DNA of 63,923 bases, the filler included, from Squatina squatina (taxonomy: Eukaryota): the NCBI GenBank assembly GCA_031763465.1. It is 3 parts of 3 records of this genome, joined end to end, with 100 filler letters (N's around TTAATTAATTAA, not from the genome) between each part and the next. Parts side by side here need not be neighbours in the genome. Positions count along the whole stretch, not along the records: positions 25,431 to 49,749 come from JARFOE010000057.1; positions 49,850 to 63,923 come from JARFOE010000176.1; 1 more part is not named here. One strand, 5' to 3'. Below, in pieces: positions 37,701-51,428 of this stretch. Position 1 is the stretch's first letter. The number at the start of each line of letters is the position of its first letter. Made by a program: the position numbers and the translations under genes. The notes beneath the pieces were generated by a model, which worked only from the letters and a program-made list of their open reading frames with translations, was not told where the DNA came from and did no database searches.

Positions 37701-40469
37701 AACAACTTCCAACGTGAAATTAGAGAGGGCTTGGAGGAAGCCATTGGCCTGTCCATTAAAGCATGACATTGCAATTGGAATGGATGGGGCGGAGAGGTGG
37801 GGGAGGGAGGGAAGCGGGCTGCAAAAATCTTTGAAAGTGCAGAAGGAGATTAATTTAAAGTAATTCTCTTTCAATNNNNNNNNNNNNNNNNNNNNNNNNN
37901 NNNNNNNNNNNNNNNNNNNNNNNNNNNNNNNNNNNNNNNNNNNNNNNNNNNNNNNNNNNNNNNNNNNNNNNNNNNATAAGTGATATAAAAGGTGAGCAAT
38001 AACTGAAAGCATTTTCAGAATTGATGTACATTTTACAAGTAAAAAATGTGGCTTGTACTGGTAACCATGAACCTGCTTTTTTGCAAACAACCATACATAC
38101 CCATATTGAATGAAGATTTACTCAATAAACTAATGCAAACAGTGGAAACTTCTATTTGCCATTGACTATCTTGATATTTCTAGGATGAATGTTATTTGGT
38201 AATTAATCCCTTTCAAGCTTATTTTTATTCTTTTATCAGCATTGCTTTGTAAATGATTAAGTTTTAAATTTGTCATGAAAGTACACACTACTTGGATGTT
38301 TGAAGCATTGGGTACTGCAAATGTAATAAATCCAAGCAGTAAGATTTAATTAGCAGAATGTGTGGCTTAGTGTGAGCCGTGGATGTGGTTTGAAGTTGTG
38401 ATAGTTGATAATGGCAAACAGCTAGACGCAACAGTCCCTCTCAAGGAGATTTGATATTCCATCTGTCTTGTCCTAAGACGATTGTCCCTCTTGTTAGTTG
38501 AAACACCGAGCAGCTGTGAAGGAGTTGACAGCATCTGACTCCACCATCTCAGCTGCTATAAGGAGGGACCGAAAGCAGCTTGCAGGATGAAAGATGGAAA
38601 GCAGTAGACACAAAAAAACCAACTCAATTGTGGCTAAAGACTCAAACTCANNNNNNNNNNNNNNNNNNNNNNNNNNNNNNNNNNNNNNNNNNNNNNNNNN
38701 NNNNNNNNNNNNNNNNNNNNNNNNNNNNNNNNNNNNNNNNNNNNNNNNNNAGAGCTCATATGAGACACATCCAAAGCAATGTGCATGCGTCAATGGCTCC
38801 TTGCGCCACGGGGAAGCCTCCAACTAACCTGTAAGTAGTTCATGATCTCTTTAAATAGTGCTGGTGGGGGGCCTCGTAGCACTACATAGCCCAATTTCTC
38901 CCCCAAAGTATGCTACTAAAGTTTGTCACTCTTGCGTGACAATGGGAAACTGGATTGCAGTGACTGAGCACATTTTGTATCTAACTACTTCAAATGTTTA
39001 AATTTATGATTTATAGCAGTTCAATTTTTGTCCAGAAATCTTAACGGCTGGATAGAACACCCAATATCACTGTTTTTTTGACTGCAGATAAGCATCAAAA
39101 ATCAAAATGTACATCAGTACAAACAAAGCAACACTATTAACACTGAGCAACTGAACACTAATAGTTAACTCCTCAACTTCATGGTTTTGAATTCTGGTAG
39201 TACAGATACTCATTTTCTTCCCACCAACTGTGTGTGGGATGTATTTCTGCAACTCTCAGGGGGTGGGAGTTGGTAGGTGAGGCATTCTGCTTTATAGTAA
39301 ATCTGACCATCCATCAATCTTTCCTGGCACTAAATGTGCTTCCTGTTTGCTGAGGCATAAATATCAGTGGCATGAGAAGTGATCCTTAATTCTCCTTCAC
39401 TTGCAGTCACCTTCCTCCTTCAGACCAGAAACGTTGATAGCAGAAGCTTTGCACCTTGTTATTTAAATGCCACAGTGCTGGATGCAAGTCCCATCTCAAT
39501 CGCCCTCTATGTCTGTTGCATTCCATTTATCTTCACGTCAACAGCTTGGAGCTGTCTCCCAGCATAAGTGGCTGTCCTCAGGAGAGGAGTGCAGGAAATT
39601 GAACAAAATAAAAAGGTCTTCCATTGAACTCATTTTTGAACACTCCTTCTAGCTTGGTGAAAATAAAATCATGCAACAAAATGTGATCTCTTTCCTCTTT
39701 GGCCTTATTCCATTATGCTCACACGAGTCTTCTCAACCGACTAACAGCTTTCCTCCTATTTAGTTGGCTGGTGGACACTGCACCGGACAGGATTCACTCA
39801 CTCCACTAGCTACAGCACACATCTAACAAGGCTTAAAAGATGAAGTCTTCAAGCACAGATTATGCTGGTTAAAATGAAAAGACAAAAAAATTCTTTGCTC
39901 CAGTTTTGTATTTTAATATAATTATCAGAATGTTTATCTTGTGTGTGCTGACCCAGCACACAAGGAGACCCAGCAGTGCACTCTGCGTCAAAGAGTTCTG
40001 CAGAAACTATGGTTTAACTGGTTTAGAAGCCACCGAATAGATAAAAGACAAGAAAGCTTATTCAGCCTATTCTAGCTCAGTCATTCAGAAGTGGCCCTCA
40101 GTTAACTCCCCCCCCCCGCCTCCACCATCATAGTATTAATGTTACATGCTGGTCACTGCCTATGTGAAGCACTTCCTGACATAAATTTGCCTTTCCCCAG
40201 TTTGAACCTGTAGCCCTTGATCTACTGTCAGGGTTTGAAGACATTTAGCTTCCACTCCAGCTCATTGTGTATGCACCAAAGTCAACTCTACTTAAAAAAA
40301 AACTAAATGTAAACAAGCTTCATCCAGCAGGTGCTCAGATAAGACCACTGAAAGAAAAAAAACTCCCTCTTTTCACCACTGCTTTCTGAAGATGCTGACT
40401 CTGGTACTGGTCACCTTGCAGTACCTCATCAAACCAGCCATCCTTTGTGTGCTAGCTTACAGAGCGAGT

Positions 40470-40972
40470 CGGCAAGTGCGAGGTGGTGCATTTTGGTAGG
40501 GGGAATAAGGAGGCCATTATTCCCTCCTTAAAGGGAATAAATGGGGTAGAGGTGCAAAGGGATCTAGATGTACAGATACAGATTTACAAATCATCAAAAG
40601 TAGCAACTCAGGTTAACAAGACCATGAAAAAAATGCAAACAAGTTTCAGGGGTCATTTCTAGAAGAACAGAATTGAAAAGCAGAGAAGTGATGTTAAACC
40701 TGTATAGAACCTTGGTCAGACCACATTTGGGAGTACTGTGCACAGTACTGGTCCCCATATTACAAAAAGGGATAAGGATGCACTGGAGAAAGAAACTACA
40801 AGCACGATACCAGAACTGAGGGTACAACCAGGAGGAAAAATTGAACAGGCTGGGGCTCTTTTCTCTAGAAAAGAGAAGACTGAGGGGTGACCTGATAGAA
40901 GATTTTAAGATTATGAAGGGGTTTGATCGAGTACACATAGAGACTGTTTCCACTTGTGTGGGGAGTCCAAAA
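40470..40972 (+). mobile_element. CR1 LINE ORF2 3' fragment (decayed)
   Basis: KCEVVHFGR..LYRTLVRPHL..LNRLGLFSLEKRRLRGDLIEDFKIMKGFDRV, with frameshifts. Confidence 0.9.
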
Positions 40973-41619
40973 NNNNNNNNNNNNNNNNNNNNNNNNNNNN
41001 NNNNNNNNNNNNNNNNNNNNNNNNNNNNNNNNNNNNNNNNNNNNNNNNNNNNNNNNNNNNNNNNNNNNNNNNGTACATCTGATGGTTTGACAGCTTGACT
41101 TTACAGTTTAAATTTTCATTCTATGCAGTTAACATTAGTTGTGCAGTCTCCATTAATGGTTCCAGATCAATCTGCTGGTGATTGAGGATAGAATCCACAG
41201 CTGGAGCCCAGGGGAAGGCTTTATGTAAAAAGAAAGTGGCAAATTTATTGTTGGCCTTGTCAGGTTAACCAGTTACATGGTGTAGTAATCACTCTGGAAG
41301 CAGTACAGATTTAGAGCCAAAAAGTGAATACTAGGGGATTATTTTGTGCATTCAGGTTGGCATTTGATAACTATTATACAATTAGATTGTTTTCCTGTTA
41401 AATACTATGCAGTGTCAACTGATGAATCCTGCAGAAATATTCAGATTTCAAATGACGATGCCATCAGTCTGTGCTATAAAGGATTTGGTTCCACTTAACC
41501 ATTTAGAATAGAAATTCTTTTGGACATTATTTTAACAAAGTTGGATTACCAACTTCTTTAAAATAGCACACCATGGCATTTCACCTGACCCAGTTAACCA
41601 GTTTGTTAACCAATAGGGT

Positions 41620-41666
41620 TCACCCATCACTCCTGTGTTCGCTGACCTACATTGGCTCCTGGTTAA
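41620..41666 (+). mobile_element. L2-clade LINE fragment
   Basis: PITPVFADLHWLLV corresponds to the L2 HITP-xL-xxLHWLP motif. Confidence 0.65.
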
Positions 41667-42459
41667 NNNNNNNNNNNNNNNNNNNNNNNNNNNNNNNNNN
41701 NNNNNNNNNNNNNNNNNNNNNNNNNNNNNNNNNNNNNNNNNNNNNNNNNNNNNNNNNNNNNNNNNNTTATACACAAAATGCTGTGTATTGCTTCAGGATA
41801 CAGTCCAATTACACCAAGTTGCTGCTTGCTGCATTTCAATAAGAGGCCGGTTCGATCTATTGAATGACCACTGGTTATTGTGTAGTAATAAAATAGGTTT
41901 GAAACATATGCTAGTACTTGACAAGAGTAATAGTAGTTTCATAGAGCAGTAAAGGTCACAATTAATAAGGTGCTTGTGCTGCTGTCTCTCAATGAATGTC
42001 AGGAAAGCAGATCAGATGCAGTCGAACAGCTCCAATCTCCCTTGGGTACTGACTAATGTCTGCTCACTTTAAGGACACAACTAAGATTTATGGGGCTCTC
42101 CAACATGAATCTAATCTGTACTATTGCTGCCATCAATGGCGTGAAAAGGATATGAAATGTAAGCATAGAGTCAAGATGGGCAAATGGTATGCAGTTAGCA
42201 GGGTATCTTTGTTTGATCTGTGGGAGCTGATCTTGAGCGCGCTGGATTGACTAGCTTTTTTTTTGGCTAGCCTCCGTTTGCTTTTTCCCTGTGTCGGTAC
42301 AATCCGGGCATATCCTGTCCTGTCACATCTCAGCAGTGAGGAACTAAACACCACGACACCTCAAGATTTTTGCGCATCCGTCCTTCCTTCAGACTGTATA
42401 TTTGTGTACCATTCCCATTGTGTACCATGAACCATTAACTAAAGANNNNNNNNNNTGAT

Positions 42460-42720
42460 CACAGAACATCCCAAAGCGCTTTACAGCCAATCAAGTACTT
42501 TTGAAGTGTAGTCACTGTTATAATGCAGGAAACGTGGCAGCCAATTTGCACACAGCAAGGTCCCACAAACAGCAATGTGACAATCACCAGATAACCCATT
42601 TTAGTAATGTTCATTCAAGGACAGATATTGGTCAGGACACTGGGGAGAACTCTTCTGCTCTTCGAACTGCGCCGTAAGATCTTTTATGTTCACCTGAGAG
42701 GACAGGCAGGGCCTCAGTTT
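42460..42720 (-). mobile_element. Deu-SINE (SacSINE1-like) 3' half
   Basis: catcccaaagcgctttacagccaat..gaagtgtagtcactgt..gcagccaatttgcacacagcaaggtcccacaaacagcaatg; homologous to 51010-51186. Confidence 0.75.
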
Positions 42721-43509
42721 NNNNNNNNNNNNNNNNNNNNNNNNNNNNNNNNNNNNNNNNNNNNNNNNNNNNNNNNNNNNNNNNNNNNNNNNNNNNNNNN
42801 NNNNNNNNNNNNNNNNNNNNACATTTATGCATATCCATCATACTGTGGTAATATAGCACCTTGTCAAACTCTCTGTCAACGATTCTCATTTAAGTATTGC
42901 TGTTGAAGATTTTGGGAGATGAGCTATAGTTATTATTCAGATGCCATGCAGGTGCACACATCACCAGATGGTCTATCTGCCCTTTTTCAAAGTTGATTGT
43001 GAAGAAATCACACCATTTTTCAAGTGTTTAGTGATAATGGAAGTTTTTACTGCTGAGTAAAATATTTGACCCACTAATGACCTTTATGCTTTTTTGAATC
43101 ACCACGTGTCAAAAATGCTAGGACAGTAACAGTTTAACAAAAGGATTCTCCTAGACTGACTGTTTAACTGTTTGCAGATTGTTTAACTTTGATTCTAAAA
43201 AGGTACATGCGGCAAAGTTACTAGTCACCATTACAAAGACTGAATTCCCTTAAATATACCACTGAAGGAAGGCAAAGAACAATATGGTTTTGTTCTGCCA
43301 ATATCTTATTCCTTATAAATTATACAGACATATATCACCCTACCAAGTGTCTCCTTGAGTGTAAATGATTTCTAAAAGTTGTGACGTAAAACTCATGCTT
43401 TATTTCGTTTTCATCCCTCTTTTATCTCCTTAATATTAACTGACTGGTAGAGTCTAACATGTAAGTACAATGGGCAAGGCTGAAGTGCTTGCAATATAAC
43501 ACTGCTCAG

Positions 43510-43995
43510 CCTCTCCAGTAGTCCCCACCATCATAGAGGCCAGTGTCCAGTCAATCCAGTTCATTCCACCTTATATTTTACATGCAACATTAAATAATGG
43601 CTGATGGCACTGGACACAACAATTCTATGGGCCCTGACAACATCCCAGCTGTGGTACTGAAGATTTGCACACCAGAATTAACCACCCTCCTGGACAAGCT
43701 ATTCCAGTGCTGCTATGACAATAATGTGGAGCATTGCCCAGTTGTGTCCTATCTATAAAGCACAGAGCAAAACTAACCTGAGCATTTACTGCCCTCTCAG
43801 CATCGTCCCAATTATCAACAAAGAGATGGAAGGAGTCAGCAATAGGAACATCAAGAGGAGAGGTGAGAGCACCAGGCCTTGACACTTGACTGAGTCTGGA
43901 ACCAAGGAGCATGAGCAAAACTGAGGTCAGTGGGGTTTAAGGGAAAATCCCAACAATGGCTGGAGTCATACTGAGACAAAGGAAAATGGTTGTAG
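43510..43995 (+). mobile_element. Old CR1-like LINE RT fragment
   Basis: Decayed GPDNIPAVVLK..APEL..VCPIYK..Y.P motifs; the 3' part aligns with 26450-26540. Confidence 0.7.
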
Positions 43996-44136
43996 TTAGA
44001 ACCATAGAACCATGGAAAAGATACAGCACAAGAGCGGCCCATTCGGCCCATCGTGTACGTACCAGCTTGAAGAGCAACTAGGTACTCATTCTAATCCCAC
44101 TTTCCCACACCCGGTCCATAGCCCTGCAGCTTACAG
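43996..44136 (-). mobile_element. CR1-type 3' tail
   Basis: agaaccatagaaccatggaaaagatacagcacaagagcggcccattcggcccatcgtg; minus translation KLQGYGPGVGKWD. Confidence 0.75.
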
Positions 44137-45799
44137 NNNNNNNNNNNNNNNNNNNNNNNNNNNNNNNNNNNNNNNNNNNNNNNNNNNNNNNNNNNNNNNN
44201 NNNNNNNNNNNNNNNNNNNNNNNNNNNNNNNNNNNNACCCTGAATTGAACTTTAATACCCAAATGCTATCCATTATCAAGACTGGTTATTTCTACCACCC
44301 CAGTATTGTTGACATCTGCCCCTCTTCAACCACTTTGCAGCTGAAGCCCTAATATTTACGTTTGTAAACCTGCAGAGTTGGCTACAATTAATATTGTCCT
44401 TATTGGCCACCTCGCCTTCACCCTCCATGAATACCAACTTGTCCAAAACTCTAGATAAGACATTCTTAGTTGGATAATATGCTGCCATGAATTTATAATC
44501 TTTGAGATCCTGAAAATGGAACTACTTGATACTTAATCCTCAAGTGGAAAGATGGCAACAAACTCTTAAACAGTAATTAAGAATGAAATATGGAGATGTA
44601 ATGATGTGATAATCAATTACGTTTGAGTTGAGCAACAACAAGAGGGTTTTCTTGTAGTTAAATACTTAAATGTTGTTTATCAAATATAACACCTTGAAAA
44701 TTAAGTCTGCTAATTCAGGCTTCAGTATTCTAGCATTGTAACTACAAAGCATACAACTATTGTTTTCCTTTCTCAACACAATTTCAAATTTCTCTAATGC
44801 TATTTGCAGAGTATCATCCAACTAACACATACACAACATTCTTGACAGCTGCCTGTTGTAGGGGCACATCAAAATATGAATAGCAGAACATGAAGTGGTT
44901 CATAGCTTTTTATGTAGTATCCAACTGTTTAAAATATTGTTTCAGAATAGTCCTTTATTGTTAAAGCATGTTAAGCAAGTTGACCCTTTATTGTATTACA
45001 ACTGTAATAGCTGAACAGCTGCCTGTTTTACGAAGACTGATAACAGACTATATATTACATAAAACATAGTCATTTATTTGTATCTAAATTGCTTTGATAT
45101 TAGAATGTAATCTTTCAGGAAGTGCCACATGTATTCTGTTAATCTTTAACTTAATTTTACTCTTTGGTTTCTTGCCATGCGCTTTCATACCTTTTGTCAT
45201 AATAATTACGTATTCTGTCGAGAAATTACTGCTGTGTTTAACATTGAAAAATATCCTCAGCTTTTTTTGTGCACATGCTGCTCTGCAATTGTATACTTGG
45301 GCTGCCAAAGTGCACAGCAAGGAACTCTACTTATGACAGCCAGGCAACTTTAGAGGGTGCTTAGCAGCTAGCTCCAATGGTATGAAAGGGAGAAATGGAC
45401 ACAGATCAAGTTTCTCACTGTTTGTGTTCTTATAGGATTTTTGATTAATTATTCCCTTTTTCTTGGGCTGCCTTTTGCTAAGGCTGAGCTGCCATATTTT
45501 TTTCCCTAGGNNNNNNNNNNGTTGACCACTGGGTGTAGAGAAGGCATGGACAAATTTGGATTAGCAGCTTGCTCACAGCCAGTGCAGGCAATTAATCAGC
45601 TATTCAACACAGGCAAAATAGGGAATATTCTAAAACAGCAGGAGAACTAAGTATGCAAGCAGCCATGCTTTAATGTATTCATAAAATCTCTATTATAGAA
45701 ATGCTCCATAATTTGTTGCCATATTCAATATTCAAAATGGCACTTTTACAATTTGTCATTAAAATCCAGACAAAATAATATAGGAGAAAGGACTATGTA

Positions 45800-45835
<36 letters not shown>

Positions 45836-45859
45836 TATGTATATAATATATATATATAT
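45800..45859. repeat. (TA)n microsatellite, imperfect
   Basis: Directly visible. Confidence 0.95.
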
Positions 45860-47689
45860 CTTTAAAATGTAAAGGTGAAATTTGAAGGTGATCAAACTAA
45901 ATAGTTTCTATACAATTAATATAACATCAAAAAACAATAATGTTCTCTCAGATGTAGTAAAATGACACCCATTTGGAAAAGCAGCATTGTTTGCTCGTTT
46001 CATAGTCAGTCATCTGGAAAATGCAATGTAAAATGGAGCAGGTTGAGACGTAACCCTAATATCATTGGATATTGATTTTTTTCTATTTTAACACTTAAGC
46101 TGGGAAATATGTTGTCAAATGTTTGCATTTATGTACTGTAAGCACTATTTTGCTGAGTGTAGCCACATAAACATTTTTTTTAAAAGACCAACTCCTGTAT
46201 AAAGGTTGAAAGGATCCTTTAAGCTTAACCTTCGTGCCATAGTCTGCATCTGAAAACCTTCAAAATCAAATCCACATTACCTCATCAATATAGGTCAGCA
46301 TTCTCAAAACAGGTGAATTTGGTTTGGAAACGTTAATTTTTAACAATGCTAAGTTTTTTTTAAACAAAGAGGGAGGAAGTTGATAACACTGAAGAATTCA
46401 TTTTTCTTTTTTACTCTTCACAATCTAGGAATTCAATTTCTACAGAACAGAACATGCTGATAGAATTGTGATATAAAGGGTAACGTGTGAAGATTTATTT
46501 TTATGTTAATATTAAGATCAAGGTGACCAACAATTTGTTTTGCAGTTGGAACTCAACTTCCTATTCCATAATTTTTTTTAACACTGTTTTATTATATTAT
46601 AGTGTATTATTACAATAGGAAGATGATTGTCCAGAATAGATTTAAAAATGAGCCAAACCATTGAGCAAAACAGGATGCAGAAAAGGTGTCAAGGTGCCAC
46701 AAGAACGGACTCCACAATATAGAATTGGCATTACTCCGTGTTTCAGTTGTGAATTTTGTCAACTGCTCTCAATGTTTTTGGTGTGGAGGAGACTAATTTC
46801 GGTTAATGTAGTGTGGGAAAAGGGCGCAAAGAGANNNNNNNNNNNNNNNNNNNNNNNNNNNNNNNNNNNNNNNNNNNNNNNNNNNNNNNNNNNNNNNNNN
46901 NNNNNNNNNNNNNNNNNNNNNNNNNNNNNNNNNNGAGTCTTGTAGTTGACGATGATGCACTTAGACTTAAAATATTGCTACAACAGTTGACAGACACTTA
47001 TGTTTTGTTTGGTCTAATCTCGGTCCTTGAACCTTTGTAGACACGCTTTCTTAAATCTGCTTTTATGAACATTTCTTTTAAAGTATACTTACTTAATTAT
47101 CCTTAGAAGCAGCCTGACCTCATTTAAGTTTTTCAGTACTTTATATTTTGCCGGAGTGCAATTAACACTGACATTTGTGATGAAGCCTTTCCTCTAATTG
47201 CATGGTAGCTGATGATTAATTAATAACTAAAGGGTACCAAGATTTTTTGAGGAGTTTGTGGTATCTTGTTTCTCTTCAATGATCTGTTTTAACTTTTGAA
47301 TAAATATGAATAAGTTATCAATAGTTCCTTGTTTAGTAATGTGTTCTACATAAATTCCTTGTAATCTAAGGACCATACAAAAAGCACATAAATTGGGTAG
47401 AAACCATATTCATAGTTTCCATATGCAGTCGTTTNNNNNNNNNNNNNNNNNNNNNNNNNNNNNNNNNNNNNNNNNNNNNNNNNNNNNNNNNNNNNNNNNN
47501 NNNNNNNNNNNNNNNNNNNNNNNNNNNNNNNNNNCTAATTATTATGACTACTTATAATGAGTGTGATTGACCTTCCAATACCCCTGAGCTGCCAGGAGCA
47601 CATGACATGAACCCTGCCCCCACTGCTAGCCCTGGCACTCAAGCGGACACTGAATCGATGAACCAAGATGGCAGCATGGGCCATGAAAA

Positions 47690-47966
47690 ATGTGTAGCGC
47701 CAACTTTTCTAGGCACTGTATTTCCCTGCATACTTCGGGCGCTAATTTTGGGGAATTTAGCAAAGGGGTGCCAACAAGGCATTGTGCGCACTGATGACAT
47801 CATCGGAGGCACAAACGTAATCTTGCCTGGCCACAGAGGTACTAAACTTTAGCACCTAAAGTTTTTGCCTAGCGAATTTTGCTTTGAGGCGCTAAACGGC
47901 GAATAACACCTTAAGAATGTTTAGTGCCCCTTAACCCAATTTCGCACAGCGGCCAATTTCACCCCC
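47690..47966. mobile_element. Partial copy related to the 27637-28328 MITE family
   Basis: Ends in ggccaatttcacccc. Its reverse complement reads ggggtgaaattggcc...ccgtttagcgcctc, versus gggctagaaattggcc...ccgttagcgcctc at 27637. Confidence 0.55.
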
Positions 47967-49749
47967 GTTATATTCTTAAGACATTTTTATGGTGTTCTAT
48001 GGCAACTTGGGGACAATTTCAGATGTCAGATCCCAATTACATTCTGACAGGAGGTCCCGCCCAAGGCTGTAGATGACAAGAAAGCCGATCACACTCTTGT
48101 GCTTCAAGGTGAAGAATATCTAATAAAGTAACTCATTGCCCCAGATATCTCTATTTGTGACAACGGAGAATTCTCTTTTTCTGTTTCCTAGTTTTCAGTA
48201 ACTCTCAACTTAATTAATTTAGACAGGCAATTATTCACCAATAAACTATTCTTGTGGACTAAAATACACAGATACCAAGTTATATGGCATAGCAGAAATG
48301 CATTCAAACAAATCGTATTATAACATTTCAGAAAGGCTTTATTGCATTATTTTCTTGTTTCCAAATCACATTGTTCCCATCAACTTGAAGTCTTCTCGAT
48401 ATGCTTAATAGCAGAATACGGAAAAAACATTTAAATTTCTTGCTATTTTGTTGTACTTATGTAAGAGGTTATAGTGTTGCAAAATGACGATGTATCTCTG
48501 TCAATATCACTAATTCTCCATTCTCACAGTGGCAGGAATGATCATATATGATTTTAAATTCTTCAATTCACTTTACTATGTACTGATCTATATCCAAAGT
48601 GACAGTGCATAAAACGTCAATGTAAAGATAGACATATTAGCAAATTATAACTGACAACTTGGCTAGCTAGTTTATGATAATGCAAAAAGCTCCCAGTGAC
48701 AGCTTGATTGCAAAACTACAGCACTTAAAAGTGCTTTATTCCAACTTTATCAAGGTTTGGTTTCATTCAGAGAATTGCTGTAACAGTTGTATGAGAAATA
48801 TTTATATTTTTAGTTCCATAGAGCAGTTGCAAGAATATGATCAATAGTCACAACTGAAATACAGAATGATAACGTAGAACCTTGCATTTTTCAAAAGGAA
48901 ATCTGATTTCCTTGCATTGACCAAGATATACAAATGCTCACTGTCTATCAGACTTATTCATTAATACATAGTTGCATTATTCATGCCTCAGGGTGAAGTG
49001 CGGAGCTTTAGTTTGTAAATAAGGGACCCGTGCACTTACATTTTATGCAAATCAGAACAACAAAGTACAATAAAATGTTCCTTCAGGAAATGGAGACTTA
49101 AAAAAAATGACAGGCACTGAGTCATTCTGCAGTGAAGTGCTGCTGTTGTGTGCTGTTCCTCAGCAATTGCCACAGGGTAAGGATGAACTTTATTTTGTTA
49201 ATTAGTGAAGTGTGTACTTATGCAAATCAAAACAACAAAATTCTAACAAAGTGTTCAGTAAATTCTACTTTGCTGAAATTGCATCATTTGTCTTGAATGC
49301 AAAATTTGTGGATAACATTAGAGGCATCACAATGTCGGAACGACTTTACATCCAGCTGCAAACTATGTTGTATCTTTTTATCACCGGGATTCTCAGTCGG
49401 GGATTCACATCCCTCTAGGAGGTCTGCGAGAAGATTTCAGGGAGTCCACCAGTTGGTTTGTCCCATCAATATACAGGGAAGACTACTGGGGGTCCCAATT
49501 GTACTGCATCCAAACTGGCCGCAGCATTGGGGGCCCTCAGCCGGGAGTGTGCCCCGCTAGCTGCGGGGCACTGCGATGCGGCCTTGGCCTCTTTGAGGCC
49601 ATCTTGGGCAACATAGCGTGGCAACGCAAAATCCTTAAGGGCAAAGGCCGCAGGCTTTTGGTGCAGAGGCGGATCGATGGCCCACTGGGCCATCAGGTAA
49701 GTTTTTCTGAGGGTGCCGGTACCCCAGAGAGCATGTCGGCCAGGTGGGG

Positions 49750-49849
49750 NNNNNNNNNNNNNNNNNNNNNNNNNNNNNNNNNNNNNNNNNNNNTTAATTA
49801 ATTAANNNNNNNNNNNNNNNNNNNNNNNNNNNNNNNNNNNNNNNNNNNN
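49750..49849. other. Artificial scaffold spacer 44N-TTAATTAATTAA-44N
   Basis: Same construct as 25331-25430. Confidence 0.95.
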
Positions 49850-50476
49850 TCCTCTTGTGGTTCTTGCTGGATCAGGTCAAAATGAACTACTTCCCACGGG
49901 GCCGAGGTTGGGCTCATGCGCAGAGTGGCATGTACATGAGTAATAATAGCGAGCCAGGAGGCAATACAAGCAACTCTGCAAGGGATTGAATCCATGCGTT
50001 GGAGATGCTAACAGAGGCCAGCTGTGATCAAGGGCCCAGCAGAGCCAGATGGTGTTGTCAAAAGGGGAAGGAGAAAGTTTTATCGATGTGAAAATCCATT
50101 AATAATTCAGGTGAAAAGTACAGTGGGATGAAGGCATTGCACCCAAAGCTCGAACCTACGGTTTCTTCTTTCCGAGTTGGCGGAGGAACGTCTGAACGTG
50201 TTTGAAGATTCCCAGTATTGACCCTGCTGAGGGGGAAAAAAAGAATGAAAGATGGGTGATAAAAGATAATGGTGTTGGGCTTTTGTCTTTACGATTGAAA
50301 ACTGGTATTTTGTTTTGTTGTGAATGAACATTTTGAAGAACATTGTATTGTAAAATAGGATTTTGTATAGCTCGACCATAACAAATATTCTCCTGTGTGT
50401 TAACCAGGATAGTGCATTGGAGGACAGATTTAGATACCCTTTGTGCATTTTTATCAATGTCTATTTATATTTATTA

Positions 50477-50740
50477 AAGGGGTTGGAGAGGAATTTTCCA
50501 AAGCACTTTTTGCCTTGCTGACTCTGGGTTTTTCTCGACCTTTTTACCTGAAGTAGCTTTTTGCCTCTCCTAGGAGGTTGCATGGCTGCGGGATGGTGGG
50601 TGGGGGGAGATGGAGGGTGGAGGTTTGGGGGGTTGGTATGAAGTGTCTTTCTTGATACAGCAATCATCATGAGTGTGGGAAGACTTGATGGAGCAGCTGG
50701 TTTATTCCTGCCTGTTATTTTCATATGTTCATGTACGTGC
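50477..50740 (+). mobile_element. Dispersed repeat related to 24100-24300 (CR1-like 3' UTR)
   Basis: Shared sequence blocks; ends in ttcatatgttcatg tail-like repeats. Confidence 0.5.
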
Positions 50741-50884
50741 AAACCTTAGAGGTAGCAAATTAATGGTTCGTACTTTTAACTATTTCGTGCTTTGAAAGAA
50801 CATTAAATGTGATACAAAAACATATTTTAAAATCAAATTTGTCATGTTGCATTAAAATATTAAAGCATTAAAATATTAAACTGT

Positions 50885-51186
50885 GTGGGCTGGACTTAAC
50901 TTGGTTCAGTTGACAGCACTCTTGCCTCTGAGTTCTGGATTCAAATCTCACTCAGTGGTCACTTCAGTGTCACACTGAGGGAGCAATGTTCGGATGAAAA
51001 AGAAAAGAAAGACTTGCATTTACATCGCGCCTTTCACGGCCACCGGATGTCTCAAAGTGCTTTATAGCCAATGAAGTACCTTTGAAGAGTAGTCACTGCA
51101 GTAATGTAGGAAATACGGCGGGCAATTTGCACATAGCAAGCTCCCACAAACAGCAATGTGATAATGACCAGATAATCTGTTTTAGC
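50885..51186. mobile_element. Deu-SINE pieces: tRNA-like head (+, 50885-50998) and 3' half (-, 51010-51186)
   Basis: cagttgacagcactcttgcctctgag..ggattcaaatc (A/B-box-like) followed by gacttgcatttacatcgcgcctttcac...atagccaatgaagtac. Confidence 0.7.
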
Positions 51187-51286
51187 NNNNNNNNNNNNNN
51201 NNNNNNNNNNNNNNNNNNNNNNNNNNNNNNNNNNNNNNNNNNNNNNNNNNNNNNNNNNNNNNNNNNNNNNNNNNNNNNNNNNNNNN

Positions 51287-51428
51287 CCCCTTTGACCAAC
51301 CTTTATGTCACCTGCCCTAATATCTCCATACATGGTTCGGTGTCAAATCTTTGTCTGACTAAGCTCCTATGAAGCGCCTTGGGACGATTTACTGTGTTAA
51401 AGGTGCTATATAAATGCAGCTGTTGTTG
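51287..51428 (+). mobile_element. L2-type LINE 3' end
   Basis: Reverse complement of the 61860-62000 region; ends gttaaaggtgctatataaatgcagctgttgttg. Confidence 0.7.
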
